Assembly (NCBI GenBank): GCA_964585225.1
Contig: CAZPCZ010000017.1
Span: forward strand, 1-21,888
Direction of reading: 5' to 3'
Origin: an uncultured Gammaproteobacteria bacterium
Lineage (GTDB): Bacteria; Patescibacteriota; Patescibacteriia; JACPHY01
DNA length: 21,888 bases
Part shown: one piece after another, positions 1-7,988 of the stretch
Layout: each line of letters opens with the position of its first letter
How positions within the stretch are numbered: the stretch's first letter is position 1
Translations under genes and position numbers: made by a program
Notes under the pieces: model-generated
Told to the model about the DNA's origin: nothing
What the model saw: only the letters and a program-made list of their open reading frames with translations
Database searches by the model: none

Positions 1-272
1 CAGAGATCAACGAGCTCTCGTCCGCCGACCTCGACGCGCTCGCACAACAGCTCGGATCGCTGTCGATGTACTATATCCGAGTGATCGGCGAAGCGCGGCA
101 GGAAGGAGACGCAGCGGCGAATGCACAGCTCGCCAGCGAGCGAGCGGCGGCCGTCGTCGCGTACCTCGCATCGAGGGGCGTCAGCGCGAGCCGTCTCAAG
201 CCGGAGACGGCGAAGGCGAGCGTGGATGGCACCGCCGAGGTGTCGTTCGTGCTCCTGCAGAAGAACTACTAG
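1..272 (+). CDS. OmpA-family C-terminal (peptidoglycan-binding) domain protein, 3' partial; start lies upstream of the window
   Basis: Frame 3 is open from nt 3 to the TAG at 270-272. The tail ...GDAAANAQLASERAAAVVAYLASRGVSASRL... fits the OmpA_C pattern N-x2-LS-x-RRA-x-AV-x2-YL-x3-GV-x3-R. Confidence 0.5.
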   Translation, partial: EINELSSADLDALAQQLGSLSMYYIRVIGEARQEGDAAANAQLASERAAAVVAYLASRGVSASRLKPETAKASVDGTAEVSFVLLQKNY

Positions 273-325
273 AGCTGCAGGGGACCTCCCGGTCCCCCGC
301 AGTACACCCCTCCCTCCGCAATGGG

Positions 326-438
326 CGCTTGTGCGATGACGTCGCGCGGTAGCGGGCAAAGCCCTACCGCCACCGCGTCGAGGCCTCCGGCCTCGACCTC
401 CGGCTCGTCATCGCACTGCGCTCAGAGATCGGAGTAAC
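326..438 (+). repeat. Structured intergenic repeat, copy A (core GGCAAAGCCCTACCGCCAC ... CTGCGCTCAGAGATCGGAG), with internal GC-rich hairpins
   Basis: Core is near-identical to 9001-9090. It is flanked by a perfect inverted repeat gtgcgatgacg / cgtcatcgcac, and has a GGGC-AAA-GCCC hairpin plus an inner palindrome tcgaggcc-tccg-gcctcga. Confidence 0.5.
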
Positions 439-467
439 CACCAACAACCATCCTTAGGGGAGGACCA

Positions 468-1232
468 ATGGACCGAGCTACGTTCAGGAAGAAGTTCGCG
501 CTTCGCCTGGCGTCGCATCCGGTGACGGTCCTCCCATTCCTGGGGGGGCTCACCGTGATCGGCGCCGGCTGGGCAGGCATGCTGCCGGCTACCGCGATCT
601 TCGCGGGGGTCGTCGGTGTGGTCGTCGGAGTCGGCGCGCTCGTCACGCGCGCCGGGCTCCTCGGCACGCAGATCGCGCGGCAGCTCCACGAGGAGCTGCA
701 GGCGAAGGATCATGACGCGACCGAGGCTGCGCTCGATGCGTTGCGGCGTGAGTTCGCACAGGACGATGACCCGCGGGATGAGAAGATGCTCGATCAGCTT
801 CGGGAACTCGCGCGCGTGTTCAAGCGGGACACCGAGTGGATCAAGCGGGTGAACGCGGTGTCCGCGGCGGAGATCACGAGCGGCGTTGAGGAGCTCGTGC
901 GGATCAGCATTCAGAAGCTCCAGGATGCCTACCGGATCCTCCGGACTGTCGACGATCTCTCGTCCTCGCCGGTACGTCAACCGTTCGTCGAGCAACGCGA
1001 GCGGCTCCTCGGGGAGGTCAAGACGCACATCCGCGAACTCACGGACCACTTCACCGGCGTGTTCACGCTCGGGACAGGGAGGGACGTGGGTGCCGAGACC
1101 ACTCGCATTCGAAATCGACTGCAGGAGAGCCTCGACGTCGCAAGGAAAGTCGAGGAAGCGATGGATCCGCATGCCGCAGTGCGGCAGAAGATTCGAGCGA
1201 GAACGAAGGCAACAAAACCCACCACCAGCTGA
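468..1232 (+). CDS. Hypothetical membrane protein: two N-terminal TM helices plus a long cytoplasmic coiled-coil domain
   Basis: 254-aa ORF. RBS aggggagga sits 6 nt before the ATG. Hydrophobic stretches VTVLPFLGGLTVIGAGWAGML and IFAGVVGVVVGVGALV are followed by a heptad-rich charged region. Confidence 0.6.
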   Translation: MDRATFRKKFALRLASHPVTVLPFLGGLTVIGAGWAGMLPATAIFAGVVGVVVGVGALVTRAGLLGTQIARQLHEELQAKDHDATEAALDALRREFAQDDDPRDEKMLDQLRELARVFKRDTEWIKRVNAVSAAEITSGVEELVRISIQKLQDAYRILRTVDDLSSSPVRQPFVEQRERLLGEVKTHIRELTDHFTGVFTLGTGRDVGAETTRIRNRLQESLDVARKVEEAMDPHAAVRQKIRARTKATKPTTS

Positions 1233-1252
1233 AGAGAGAAGGAGGAGACACC

Positions 1253-2101
1253 ATGAAACGGTTGTTCTACGCGATGTACTACTGGACGATCGGATGGGCG
1301 ATCGGAGCGGCGAAGCCGATCGAGAGGAGCCCCAGGGTCATCGAGGCGCGATTCGACAGCATGCTCGAGAGGTACCGGTCGCGCCTCGGCGTCGTGAAGG
1401 ACGCGGTCGGCGGCATCGTCGCGCTGCGCGAGCAGCGGAAGATGGACCTCGAGCGGCTGCTCGCGCAGCAGGCCGAGCTCAGGGAGACGATGGAGGGTGC
1501 CGAGGCGCTCGCCGCCGACGCGGCGGCGAAGCTCAAGCGGACAGGCAAGACGGATGTCGAGATCCAGGAGGACGCCGAATTCAAGCAGTACTCGGCGGCC
1601 TACGCGGACGCGGAGTCCTCGCTCCAGGGCGTGGATGCCTCGATCGAGCGCATCCGGCGCGACATCGAGAACTACGAGAAGCAGGCGAGCGATCACATCC
1701 TCAAGCTGCAGGAGATGCAGCGCGAGATGAAGACGATCGAGGGCGAGAAGTACGAGACGCTCGTAGATGTCTCGATCTCCAGGCAAGAGCAGGAGCTCAA
1801 CGACATGGTCTCCGGGTTCGCCACCGACGGGATCGCGAAGGAGCGCCAGGAGCTCCGCGACATCCGCACGAAGGCGCGTGGCGACGCGGAGGTCTCTCGC
1901 AGGCTCTCCGGCGCGGACACGTCGCTCCAGGCCGCGAAGCTCCGGGCCGCGGCGCACCAGGCGCGGGCGGGCAACAAGCTCGCCGCGAAGCTGGGGCTCG
2001 GCGCGAAGACCGCCGAAGCGCAGGCCACGGCCGCGCCGGCGAAGGTCGCCGATGCGGCGGCACCGACCGGCCCCGGCGGCGGCAAGAGCGGAACGCTGTA
2101 G
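1253..2101 (+). CDS. PspA/IM30-like coiled-coil protein (family assignment tentative)
   Basis: 282-aa ORF 20 nt after the previous gene, with a strong RBS gaaggagga. It has an N-terminal amphipathic helix, long coiled coils (RVIEARFDSMLERYRSRLGVVKDAVGGIVALREQRKMDLERLLAQQAELRE...) resembling the PspA/Vipp1/LiaH layout, and an Ala/Lys-rich tail. Confidence 0.5.
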   Translation: MKRLFYAMYYWTIGWAIGAAKPIERSPRVIEARFDSMLERYRSRLGVVKDAVGGIVALREQRKMDLERLLAQQAELRETMEGAEALAADAAAKLKRTGKTDVEIQEDAEFKQYSAAYADAESSLQGVDASIERIRRDIENYEKQASDHILKLQEMQREMKTIEGEKYETLVDVSISRQEQELNDMVSGFATDGIAKERQELRDIRTKARGDAEVSRRLSGADTSLQAAKLRAAAHQARAGNKLAAKLGLGAKTAEAQATAAPAKVADAAAPTGPGGGKSGTL

Positions 2102-2111
2102 CGGAACAAGG

Positions 2112-2170
2112 GGGCGGTCCGGCACCTCCGCCAGGAGGCGGACAAGCGCCGGGCCGCCCTTTCCCTTCAC
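2112..2170 (+). terminator. Nested GC-rich hairpin (gggcggtccggc...gccgggccgccc, inner tccgcc-agg-aggcgga) followed by a T/C tract
   Basis: Inverted repeats seen directly 10 nt after the TAG of the 1253-2101 gene, then tttcccttcac. Confidence 0.5.
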
Positions 2171-2197
2171 CCTGAACCCCAACCAAAGGAGAGACCG

Positions 2198-3391
2198 ATG
2201 AAACCGATCAACGTCAACGTGTTCCTGGTCGCCGCAGCGTTCGCGCTCGGCACCGCGTGCAGCAAGAAGGAAGCTCCCGCTCCGTCGCCGAGCGGCGGGG
2301 TGGAGCCCGCGGCCGCGCCGGCGGCGGCGCCGCCCGCGGACGACACCGGCATCAGCGACTGCTCGTTTCCCTCGTTCTCCCTCGCGTACAGCGAGTACGC
2401 GTCCTGGTCCACCTACGCGGTGGCCGAGATGCAGCAGCTCGTCGGCGCGGAGAAGGGACGATGCGGTCCCATCGAGCGCAAGCACGGCGTGGACATCGAG
2501 CTGCGATTCATGGCCTACGGGCCGTCCATCGGCGCGTACGCCGGCGGAACGGCCGACGCGGTCACGATCACGCACCTCGACATGCTCACCGCGCAGCGGC
2601 AGGACACATCGGTCGTCGTCACCGCCACGTCGAACTCGTGGGGCGCCGACCGAACGATCGTGCCGAACGGCGTCACCGTCGAAAGCTTGGCGGGCAAACC
2701 CTGCCGCGGCCTCGAGGCGACCGTCTCCCAGTACGTGTTCGAAGAGACGCTCAAGAAGCTCGGCAAGGACCCAAAGCGCTACCCGTACCAGAACATGGAG
2801 CCGGACGCCGCGGCCGCCGCCCTCAAGGCGCGCGACGCGAACATCGGCTGCATCGCGGTGTGGGAACCGTTCGCGCTCGACGCGATCACGTCGCGCGGCG
2901 ACGTGCACGCCATCGCGGACTCGCGGCTCATCCCGGCCGAGATCCTCGACACGATCGTGGTCGGCCAGGCCGCACTCGACCGTCCGAAGGGCGACGCGTT
3001 CGTCGCGGCGCTGCTCGACACGTTCTACTCGATCGTCCGCGAGCTCGAAGACCCCGCGACCACCGACGCCGCGCACCGGCGCCTGGGCAAGAAGGTCACG
3101 GACCTCGACGCGGCGGCGATGCGGGACGTCCTCACGCGGTCGGTCCTGTACCGCAAGCCCGAGTGGGTCGTCGAGCTGCTCGCGAACGGGAACCCATACC
3201 CGTTCCCGGACGGCACGAAGGGCATGCGGCTCAAGGACTCGACCGAGAAGTCGGTCGCCTGGATGCTCGGCCACAAGGCGATCACCTCGGCGCCGACCGT
3301 CGGCTACGGCTCGAAGGCGCAGGCGCCGGGCGTGAACTTCCGCTTCGACCCGACGTACGTTCAGGCGTACATCGCGGCGGGCGGCAAGTAA
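2198..3391 (+). CDS. ABC transporter substrate-binding lipoprotein, NitT/TauT (NMT1/SsuA-like) family
   Basis: RBS aaaggagag. Signal peptide with lipobox-like ...FALGTAC and a Pro/Ala-rich linker. The mature domain resembles sulfonate/nitrate/taurine-type SBPs. A cognate permease and ATPase follow. Confidence 0.8.
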   Translation: MKPINVNVFLVAAAFALGTACSKKEAPAPSPSGGVEPAAAPAAAPPADDTGISDCSFPSFSLAYSEYASWSTYAVAEMQQLVGAEKGRCGPIERKHGVDIELRFMAYGPSIGAYAGGTADAVTITHLDMLTAQRQDTSVVVTATSNSWGADRTIVPNGVTVESLAGKPCRGLEATVSQYVFEETLKKLGKDPKRYPYQNMEPDAAAAALKARDANIGCIAVWEPFALDAITSRGDVHAIADSRLIPAEILDTIVVGQAALDRPKGDAFVAALLDTFYSIVRELEDPATTDAAHRRLGKKVTDLDAAAMRDVLTRSVLYRKPEWVVELLANGNPYPFPDGTKGMRLKDSTEKSVAWMLGHKAITSAPTVGYGSKAQAPGVNFRFDPTYVQAYIAAGGK

Positions 3392-3418
3392 GCGCGGGAG
3401 GGTTGTTCAACTAGCTAC

Positions 3419-3486
3419 GGGGCGGTCTGGCGCATGCCGGACCGCCCTCCACCACAGCGGTGCAGTTTCCTGAACTGCTGTGGTGG
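3419..3486 (+). promoter_or_regulatory. Two consecutive stem-loops in the SBP-permease intergenic spacer (intra-operon attenuator/processing-stabiliser candidate)
   Basis: gggcggtc-N11-gaccgccc, then ccaccacagcggtgcagtt-tcc-tgaactgctgtggtgg (near-perfect long stem). Confidence 0.4.
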
Positions 3487-3535
3487 AGAGGACGGGATAG
3501 CCCGTTCACAATTGACCGCAAAGAAGGAGGTTCCC

Positions 3536-4342
3536 GTGATCCGTACACCGATGCCTGCAGGTCGCAAGCGCATCATCACGGTGGTCACGGTGATCCTTGC
3601 GATCGCCGGATACACGTGGTGGTCGCACGAGCGCCACGTCGAGAATCCGAAGGATCGCATGGTCCCGTCGTGGTCGCAGATGGTCGAAGGATTCGAGCGT
3701 GTGAGCCGCGTGGACGAGGACGACCACGCGCGCTGGATCGTCGCCGATGCGAAGGCGACCGCACAGCGGCTCGTGATCGGTCTCGCCGCGAGCGTCGCGC
3801 TCGCGTTTGTGCTCGGCATCCTCATGGGGTGCTTCCACGCGGTCGAGGCCGCCTGCCTCTGGTGGGTCTCCGCGCTCGCGAAGGTACCCCCAACGTCCGT
3901 CATCGTCGTCATCTTCATGGCGGTCGGGACGGGTATGGAGCTCTATGCGGTCGTCATCGCGGTCGGAGTTATGCCGATTCTCACCGAGTCGGTGTTCCTC
4001 CTCGTGCGTGACGTGCCCGACGAGATGCTCTGGAAGGCGGAGACGCTCGGCGCATCTCGCACCGAGGTCGTCTGGAACGTCATCACGCGGATGGTCGCTC
4101 CGAAGTTCGTGGACAACGTGCGGCTGCAGTTCGGACCCGCGATGGTGTACCTCATCGCCGCGGAGCTCCTCTGCGCGTACGTCGGGTTCGGCTACCGCAT
4201 CAACAAGTTCGCGAGGCAGACGCACATGGACGTCGTGTTCGTGTACGTCCTCGCACTCGGGCTCTTCGGGTTCGCGGTGAACTGGCTCCTCACGGAGTTC
4301 CGGAACCGAGCGTTCCCGTGGTACCAGAAGGGAGGTCGGTAA
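3536..4342 (+). CDS. ABC transporter permease (BPD_transp_1; NitT/TauT family)
   Basis: A GTG start 6 nt after aaggagg is preferred to the upstream start in the ORF track. The protein has multiple TM helices and the EAA-loop-like region ...ETLGASRTEVVWNVITRMVAPKF... . Confidence 0.8.
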   Translation: MIRTPMPAGRKRIITVVTVILAIAGYTWWSHERHVENPKDRMVPSWSQMVEGFERVSRVDEDDHARWIVADAKATAQRLVIGLAASVALAFVLGILMGCFHAVEAACLWWVSALAKVPPTSVIVVIFMAVGTGMELYAVVIAVGVMPILTESVFLLVRDVPDEMLWKAETLGASRTEVVWNVITRMVAPKFVDNVRLQFGPAMVYLIAAELLCAYVGFGYRINKFARQTHMDVVFVYVLALGLFGFAVNWLLTEFRNRAFPWYQKGGR

Positions 4343-4343
4343 C

Positions 4344-5312
4344 ATGGCCACGAGCCAATTCGTGCTGCAGTGCGAAGGCGTGCACAAGTCGTTCGGGCCG
4401 AAGCCGGTCCTCCACGACGTGAGCCTCAACATCGCTGCCGGACAGATCGTCGCGCTCGTCGGCCCATCCGGCTGCGGGAAGTCGACGCTGTTCAATGGGA
4501 TCCTCGGGACGCACGCGCCGACGCGGGGCCGAGTGGTCGTGGGACGCAACGGACACGAGCACGTGGTGGCGGGACCGAATCGGCACTGCGGGATCGTGTA
4601 CCAACACTACGCGCTCTATCCGTTCCTCACCGTGCTCGAGAGCGTCGCGTTCGGGCTCATGCTCGACGAGACGTCGCTTCTGTTCCGTGCGTTTCGTCCG
4701 CTGAAGTGGCGGAAGCTCCGCTCGGAGCATCTTGACCGTGCGGCCGCAGCGCTCCGGCGCGTGCACCTCACGGACGCGGACTTCGGGAAGTACGCGAGCG
4801 AGCTCTCCGGCGGGATGCAGCAGCGCGTGGCGGTGGCGCAAGCCATCGTCATGCGGCCGCAGATCCTGCTCCTCGACGAGCCCTTCGGGGCCCTCGACGA
4901 GGCGACGCGGGAATCGCTCCAGACGATGCTCCTCGAGTTCTACGAAGAGAACCGAAGCGCGATCGCGCGGGGAGCGGCCCCGCCGCACACGATGGTCATC
5001 GTGACCCACGAGCTCACGGAGGCGATCTACGTCGCCGACCGCGTACTTGGACTGTCGCAGTACTGGGACTGGCGCTCCGAGGGCCACGCCGCGTGCCCGG
5101 GCGCGACGATCGTGTACGATCGGCCCGCGCCGGTGTACCGGCCGGGCGAACCCAAGAACTACGAGCAGTTCGCCGTGCAGCGGGAGGAGATCCGGAAGGT
5201 GGTGTTCGAGCCCCCCACCCCGACGCCGCGCGGGCTCCACGTGACGTTCTGGGATGACGTCCAGGCCGGCCGCGCGAGCGGCATCACCGCAACCAATGGA
5301 GGTACACCATGA
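4344..5312 (+). CDS. ABC transporter ATP-binding protein (NitT/TauT family) with a ~70-aa C-terminal extension
   Basis: Walker [10 protein letters not shown], signature [14 protein letters not shown], Walker [14 protein letters not shown]-loop VTHEL. The start is 1 nt after the permease stop. Confidence 0.9.
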   Translation: MATSQFVLQCEGVHKSFGPKPVLHDVSLNIAAGQIVALVGPSGCGKSTLFNGILGTHAPTRGRVVVGRNGHEHVVAGPNRHCGIVYQHYALYPFLTVLESVAFGLMLDETSLLFRAFRPLKWRKLRSEHLDRAAAALRRVHLTDADFGKYASELSGGMQQRVAVAQAIVMRPQILLLDEPFGALDEATRESLQTMLLEFYEENRSAIARGAAPPHTMVIVTHELTEAIYVADRVLGLSQYWDWRSEGHAACPGATIVYDRPAPVYRPGEPKNYEQFAVQREEIRKVVFEPPTPTPRGLHVTFWDDVQAGRASGITATNGGTP

Positions 5313-7165
5313 GCACCGAGAGCAAGCAGGAGTATCCGTTCTACGACGAACTCCGTCGGGCGATTCTGTCGGGATCCTCCCGAACGGTTGCCCTGACCGG
5401 GAACGTGCCGGACCTGTTCCGTCTCGACGGCGAGGGCACCTCGGCGTACGTTCCGCTCGTCGACTTTCTTTCGAGGCGGTTCGACGTCGCGACGTACGTG
5501 CCGGTCGTCTACGAACTCGGGAAGCCGATCCGATTCGTCAACGAGCGGGACCGGCAGCGATTCCTGAAGGCGTGGGTGACGTTCCAGACGGGCCTGAGCG
5601 ACGGTGACGCGAAGATCGAGCGCGTCCTGAACCCCGGCACGAAGATCGAGCACGGGAAGGTCGCCGAGGAGCTCATGGGACAGCTCGAGGAGGCCGCGGG
5701 GAAGCCTGCGTTCGCCCTCGAGCTCCTGCGTGCCATGTGCGAGTGCTCGCGCGCGGTGGTGAAGGGGCAGCCGGTGTTCAGCGACATCGCGGGCCAGCAA
5801 CTCCACCTCGTCATCATCATCGAGGGCACCGACCTCCTCATCCCCGAGGGGCAGGTGTCCACGATGTCCGACAGCCACCTCCATCGGATCGCGACCGCAC
5901 GGGACTGGTTCTCGGACCTCGGGTTCCTGGAGGGCGGCGATACCGTCGTCCTCATCACCGAGTCCCGCGGCCTCCTCAACGAGCGCGTGGCGAAGCTGCC
6001 ACAGCTCGCGGAGGTCGAGATCCCGCTCCCGGACGAGGTGGAGCGCCTCCGGTTCATCCGGTGGTTCGCGGACTTCAAGCCGGAAGGGCAGAAACCGAAG
6101 CTCTGGTCCACGGACGAGGAGCTTGCGGTGTCCACCGCTGCGCTCACGATCCTCGAGCTCCGGCAGCTCCTCATCGGCGCGAGCCATGATGCGCGGTCCG
6201 GTCGCGGACCGCTCCAGCTCAAGGACGTGACGCGGCTCGTCGAGCGGTTCATCCAGGCACAGCTCGGCGGCGACGAGGTCGTCGAGTACCTGCGGCCGGA
6301 GCACAAGCTCGATGACCTCATCGGGTTCAAGCGGCTCAAGGCCTTCATCCGCGAGGAGATCCTCCCGGGCCTCAAGGACCTGACGAAGGATGCGATCTCG
6401 AGCATCATCGTCTGCGGGCCGAACCGGGCAGGGAAGACCTACGCGTTCGAGGCAGTGGCCGGTGAGCTCGGGATCGTCATCCTCGTGCTCAAGAACCTGC
6501 GGAGCAAGTGGTTCGGAGGGACGGACGTCATCTTCGGGCGGCTCAAGCGGGTGCTCTCCGTGCTCCGGAAGGCGCTCATCTACGTCAACGAGGCGGACAC
6601 GCAGTTCGGCGGCGTGGGCGGCGACGTCCACGAGACCGAGCGGCGCCTCACCGGTCGGCTCCAGGTCATGATGTCGGACGTCAAGCTCAAGGGCCGGATC
6701 CACTGGATCCTCGACACCGCGCGGCCGCACCTTCTGGCACCGGACATCCGGCAGCCCGGGCGCGGCGGCGATTGCATCGTCGCGGTGTTCGACCCCGAGG
6801 GCGACGAGCGCAAGGAGTTCATCCGGTGGGCGACCGAGCACGTGCTCGAGGGTCCGTTGGATGATGCAGCGATGGCGAAGGTGGAGGCGGCGACGGGGGA
6901 ATACTCCGTCGGCGCGTACACCACGCTCCGCTCGACGTTGAAGCGCAAGGCGAGGAAGACGGGCGGGAAGATGGCGCTCGAGGCGGTCCTGTACGTCGTG
7001 GAGAACACGATGCTGCCGGACGTCGGACTCGAGCGGCGCTACCAGACGTTCCAGGCGGCGCTCAACTGCTCCTGGAAGCCCCTGTTCCCGCCGAGCCTCA
7101 TCGACGTGCCACGCGACCAGCTCTACCGGCAGGTCGCGGAGCTCGAACAGCTCGGCATCCACTAG
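5309..7165 (+). CDS. AAA+ ATPase, classic clade (Walker A GPNRAGKT, SRH TARPHLLAPDIRQPGRGGD), with a ~370-aa N-terminal domain of unknown function
   Basis: The ATG overlaps the ABC ATPase TGA (ATGA). The C-terminal 250 aa align by eye with FtsH/Cdc48-type AAA modules (...LRSKWFGGTDVIFGRLKRVLSVLRKALIYVNEAD...). RBS ggagg lies 5 nt upstream. Confidence 0.8.
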   Translation: MSTESKQEYPFYDELRRAILSGSSRTVALTGNVPDLFRLDGEGTSAYVPLVDFLSRRFDVATYVPVVYELGKPIRFVNERDRQRFLKAWVTFQTGLSDGDAKIERVLNPGTKIEHGKVAEELMGQLEEAAGKPAFALELLRAMCECSRAVVKGQPVFSDIAGQQLHLVIIIEGTDLLIPEGQVSTMSDSHLHRIATARDWFSDLGFLEGGDTVVLITESRGLLNERVAKLPQLAEVEIPLPDEVERLRFIRWFADFKPEGQKPKLWSTDEELAVSTAALTILELRQLLIGASHDARSGRGPLQLKDVTRLVERFIQAQLGGDEVVEYLRPEHKLDDLIGFKRLKAFIREEILPGLKDLTKDAISSIIVCGPNRAGKTYAFEAVAGELGIVILVLKNLRSKWFGGTDVIFGRLKRVLSVLRKALIYVNEADTQFGGVGGDVHETERRLTGRLQVMMSDVKLKGRIHWILDTARPHLLAPDIRQPGRGGDCIVAVFDPEGDERKEFIRWATEHVLEGPLDDAAMAKVEAATGEYSVGAYTTLRSTLKRKARKTGGKMALEAVLYVVENTMLPDVGLERRYQTFQAALNCSWKPLFPPSLIDVPRDQLYRQVAELEQLGIH

Positions 7166-7177
7166 GAGGACACACCC

Positions 7178-7798
7178 ATGCGTAGAACCTCTCGCATTGG
7201 CATCGCGGTCGTCGCATTCCTCGCGCTCGGCGCGGACGATTGCGACTCGCCCCAGGAGGCGAAGGACCCGTTCAGCGACACGGATCTCGGCATCGCGCAG
7301 CAGCTCGACCTCGGTCGGCTGCATGGCGAGGTCGTGAACAAGCGAGTTGGGTACTTCGCGGAGGCACACCCGGCAGCCGACGCGCTTGCCGGCAAGCCGT
7401 ACTACTGCCTGGACATCCGCACAACCGCCACGAGCGGTCAGGCGACGGATACCGCGTACTGCGGCGTCCGGCAGGTCGTGTACGACTCGGTTGAGATCGG
7501 CACGAAGCTTCCGATCGAGCGCACGTACAGCGTGTACGAGATCGCGCAGCTCCACGGACGGGTCGTCGACCGACGAGCCGAACCATGGAAGCCGGCATGG
7601 TACATCGTCATCGACCACGCGACCGAGGTGAAGGTGTACCGGGTCGACCCGCAGTCGTACTACCGGTTCCTCGAACTCGGCCAGACGCTGCCGTTCACGC
7701 CGCCGGACAGCATGGTCCGGCCCGTGAGCGATCGCGGACACCCGACGACATCCGCGACGCCGGTGGTGGAAGCTCCCGCTTCCGCGTCCGCGCCGTGA
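7178..7798 (+). CDS. Secreted hypothetical protein (SPase-I type signal peptide, three Cys)
   Basis: RBS aggagga. N-terminus MRRTSRIGIAVVAFLALGA|DDC. No recognisable family. Confidence 0.6.
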   Translation: MRRTSRIGIAVVAFLALGADDCDSPQEAKDPFSDTDLGIAQQLDLGRLHGEVVNKRVGYFAEAHPAADALAGKPYYCLDIRTTATSGQATDTAYCGVRQVVYDSVEIGTKLPIERTYSVYEIAQLHGRVVDRRAEPWKPAWYIVIDHATEVKVYRVDPQSYYRFLELGQTLPFTPPDSMVRPVSDRGHPTTSATPVVEAPASASAP

Positions 7799-7812
7799 CG
7801 ACATGGAAACTT

Positions 7813-7841
7813 GGATCCCCCCGATGACCGTCGGGGGGATC
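7813..7841 (+). terminator. Perfect hairpin gatccccccga-tgaccg-tcggggggatc followed by ttcctattctc
   Basis: 11-bp perfect stem 15 nt after the stop of the 7178-7798 gene. Confidence 0.6.
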
Positions 7842-7922
7842 TTCCTATTCTCGCTTGTGCTCCTCCCCTTAGGGTAAGGGGAGGTTGGGAGGGGTTACGA
7901 TCCTGGATCACCCTGCCGGGCA

Positions 7923-7951
7923 TTGACACGCGCCATCGTTTGTGGCATACT
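7923..7951 (+). promoter_or_regulatory. Sigma-70-like promoter TTGACA-17 nt-CATACT for the oxygenase gene
   Basis: Consensus -35 and a near-consensus -10 about 38 nt upstream of the ATG at 7989. RBS ccggagg. Confidence 0.55.
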
Positions 7952-7988
7952 CCATAGTCAGTTGATCCTTCCAACCCGGAGGCAAACC

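Noticed and set aside
121-339. 72-aa Arg-rich + strand ORF overlapping the OmpA-domain gene 3' end in another frame.
   Set aside because: Alternate-frame low-complexity product with no RBS. It overlaps a frame that has OmpA_C-like sequence.
1-2101. Zorya-like anti-phage module (MotB/OmpA-domain protein plus a coiled-coil membrane protein).
   Set aside because: Gene order and sizes do not fit: ZorA precedes ZorB and is much larger, and there are no ZorC/ZorD-like genes. The OmpA-domain gene is merely the upstream neighbour.
886-2175. 429-aa + strand ORF spanning the end of the 468-1232 gene and all of the PspA-like gene in another frame.
   Set aside because: Low-complexity Arg/Gly/Ala-rich alternate-frame product. 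The two in-frame genes each have strong RBSs and coherent coiled-coil sequence.
977-3274. 765-aa minus-strand ORF. Similar very long antisense ORFs at 5159-7804 (881 aa), 7908-9032, 3506-4549, 4290-5240, 15541-16428, 17287-18231, 18662-19724 and 20540-21841.
   Set aside because: All are Arg/Asp/Glu/Pro-rich translations antisense to + strand genes with clear family signatures (ABC, AAA, flotillin, SEDS, L25). Stop-codon-poor reverse frames are expected at this GC content. None has a motif or a plausible RBS.
3434-3535. Upstream start of the ORF track for the permease gene (MPDRPPPQRC...).
   Set aside because: No RBS. The N-terminal 34 codons overlap the intergenic hairpins. A GTG at 3536 lies 6 nt after aaggagg and begins directly at the first TM region.
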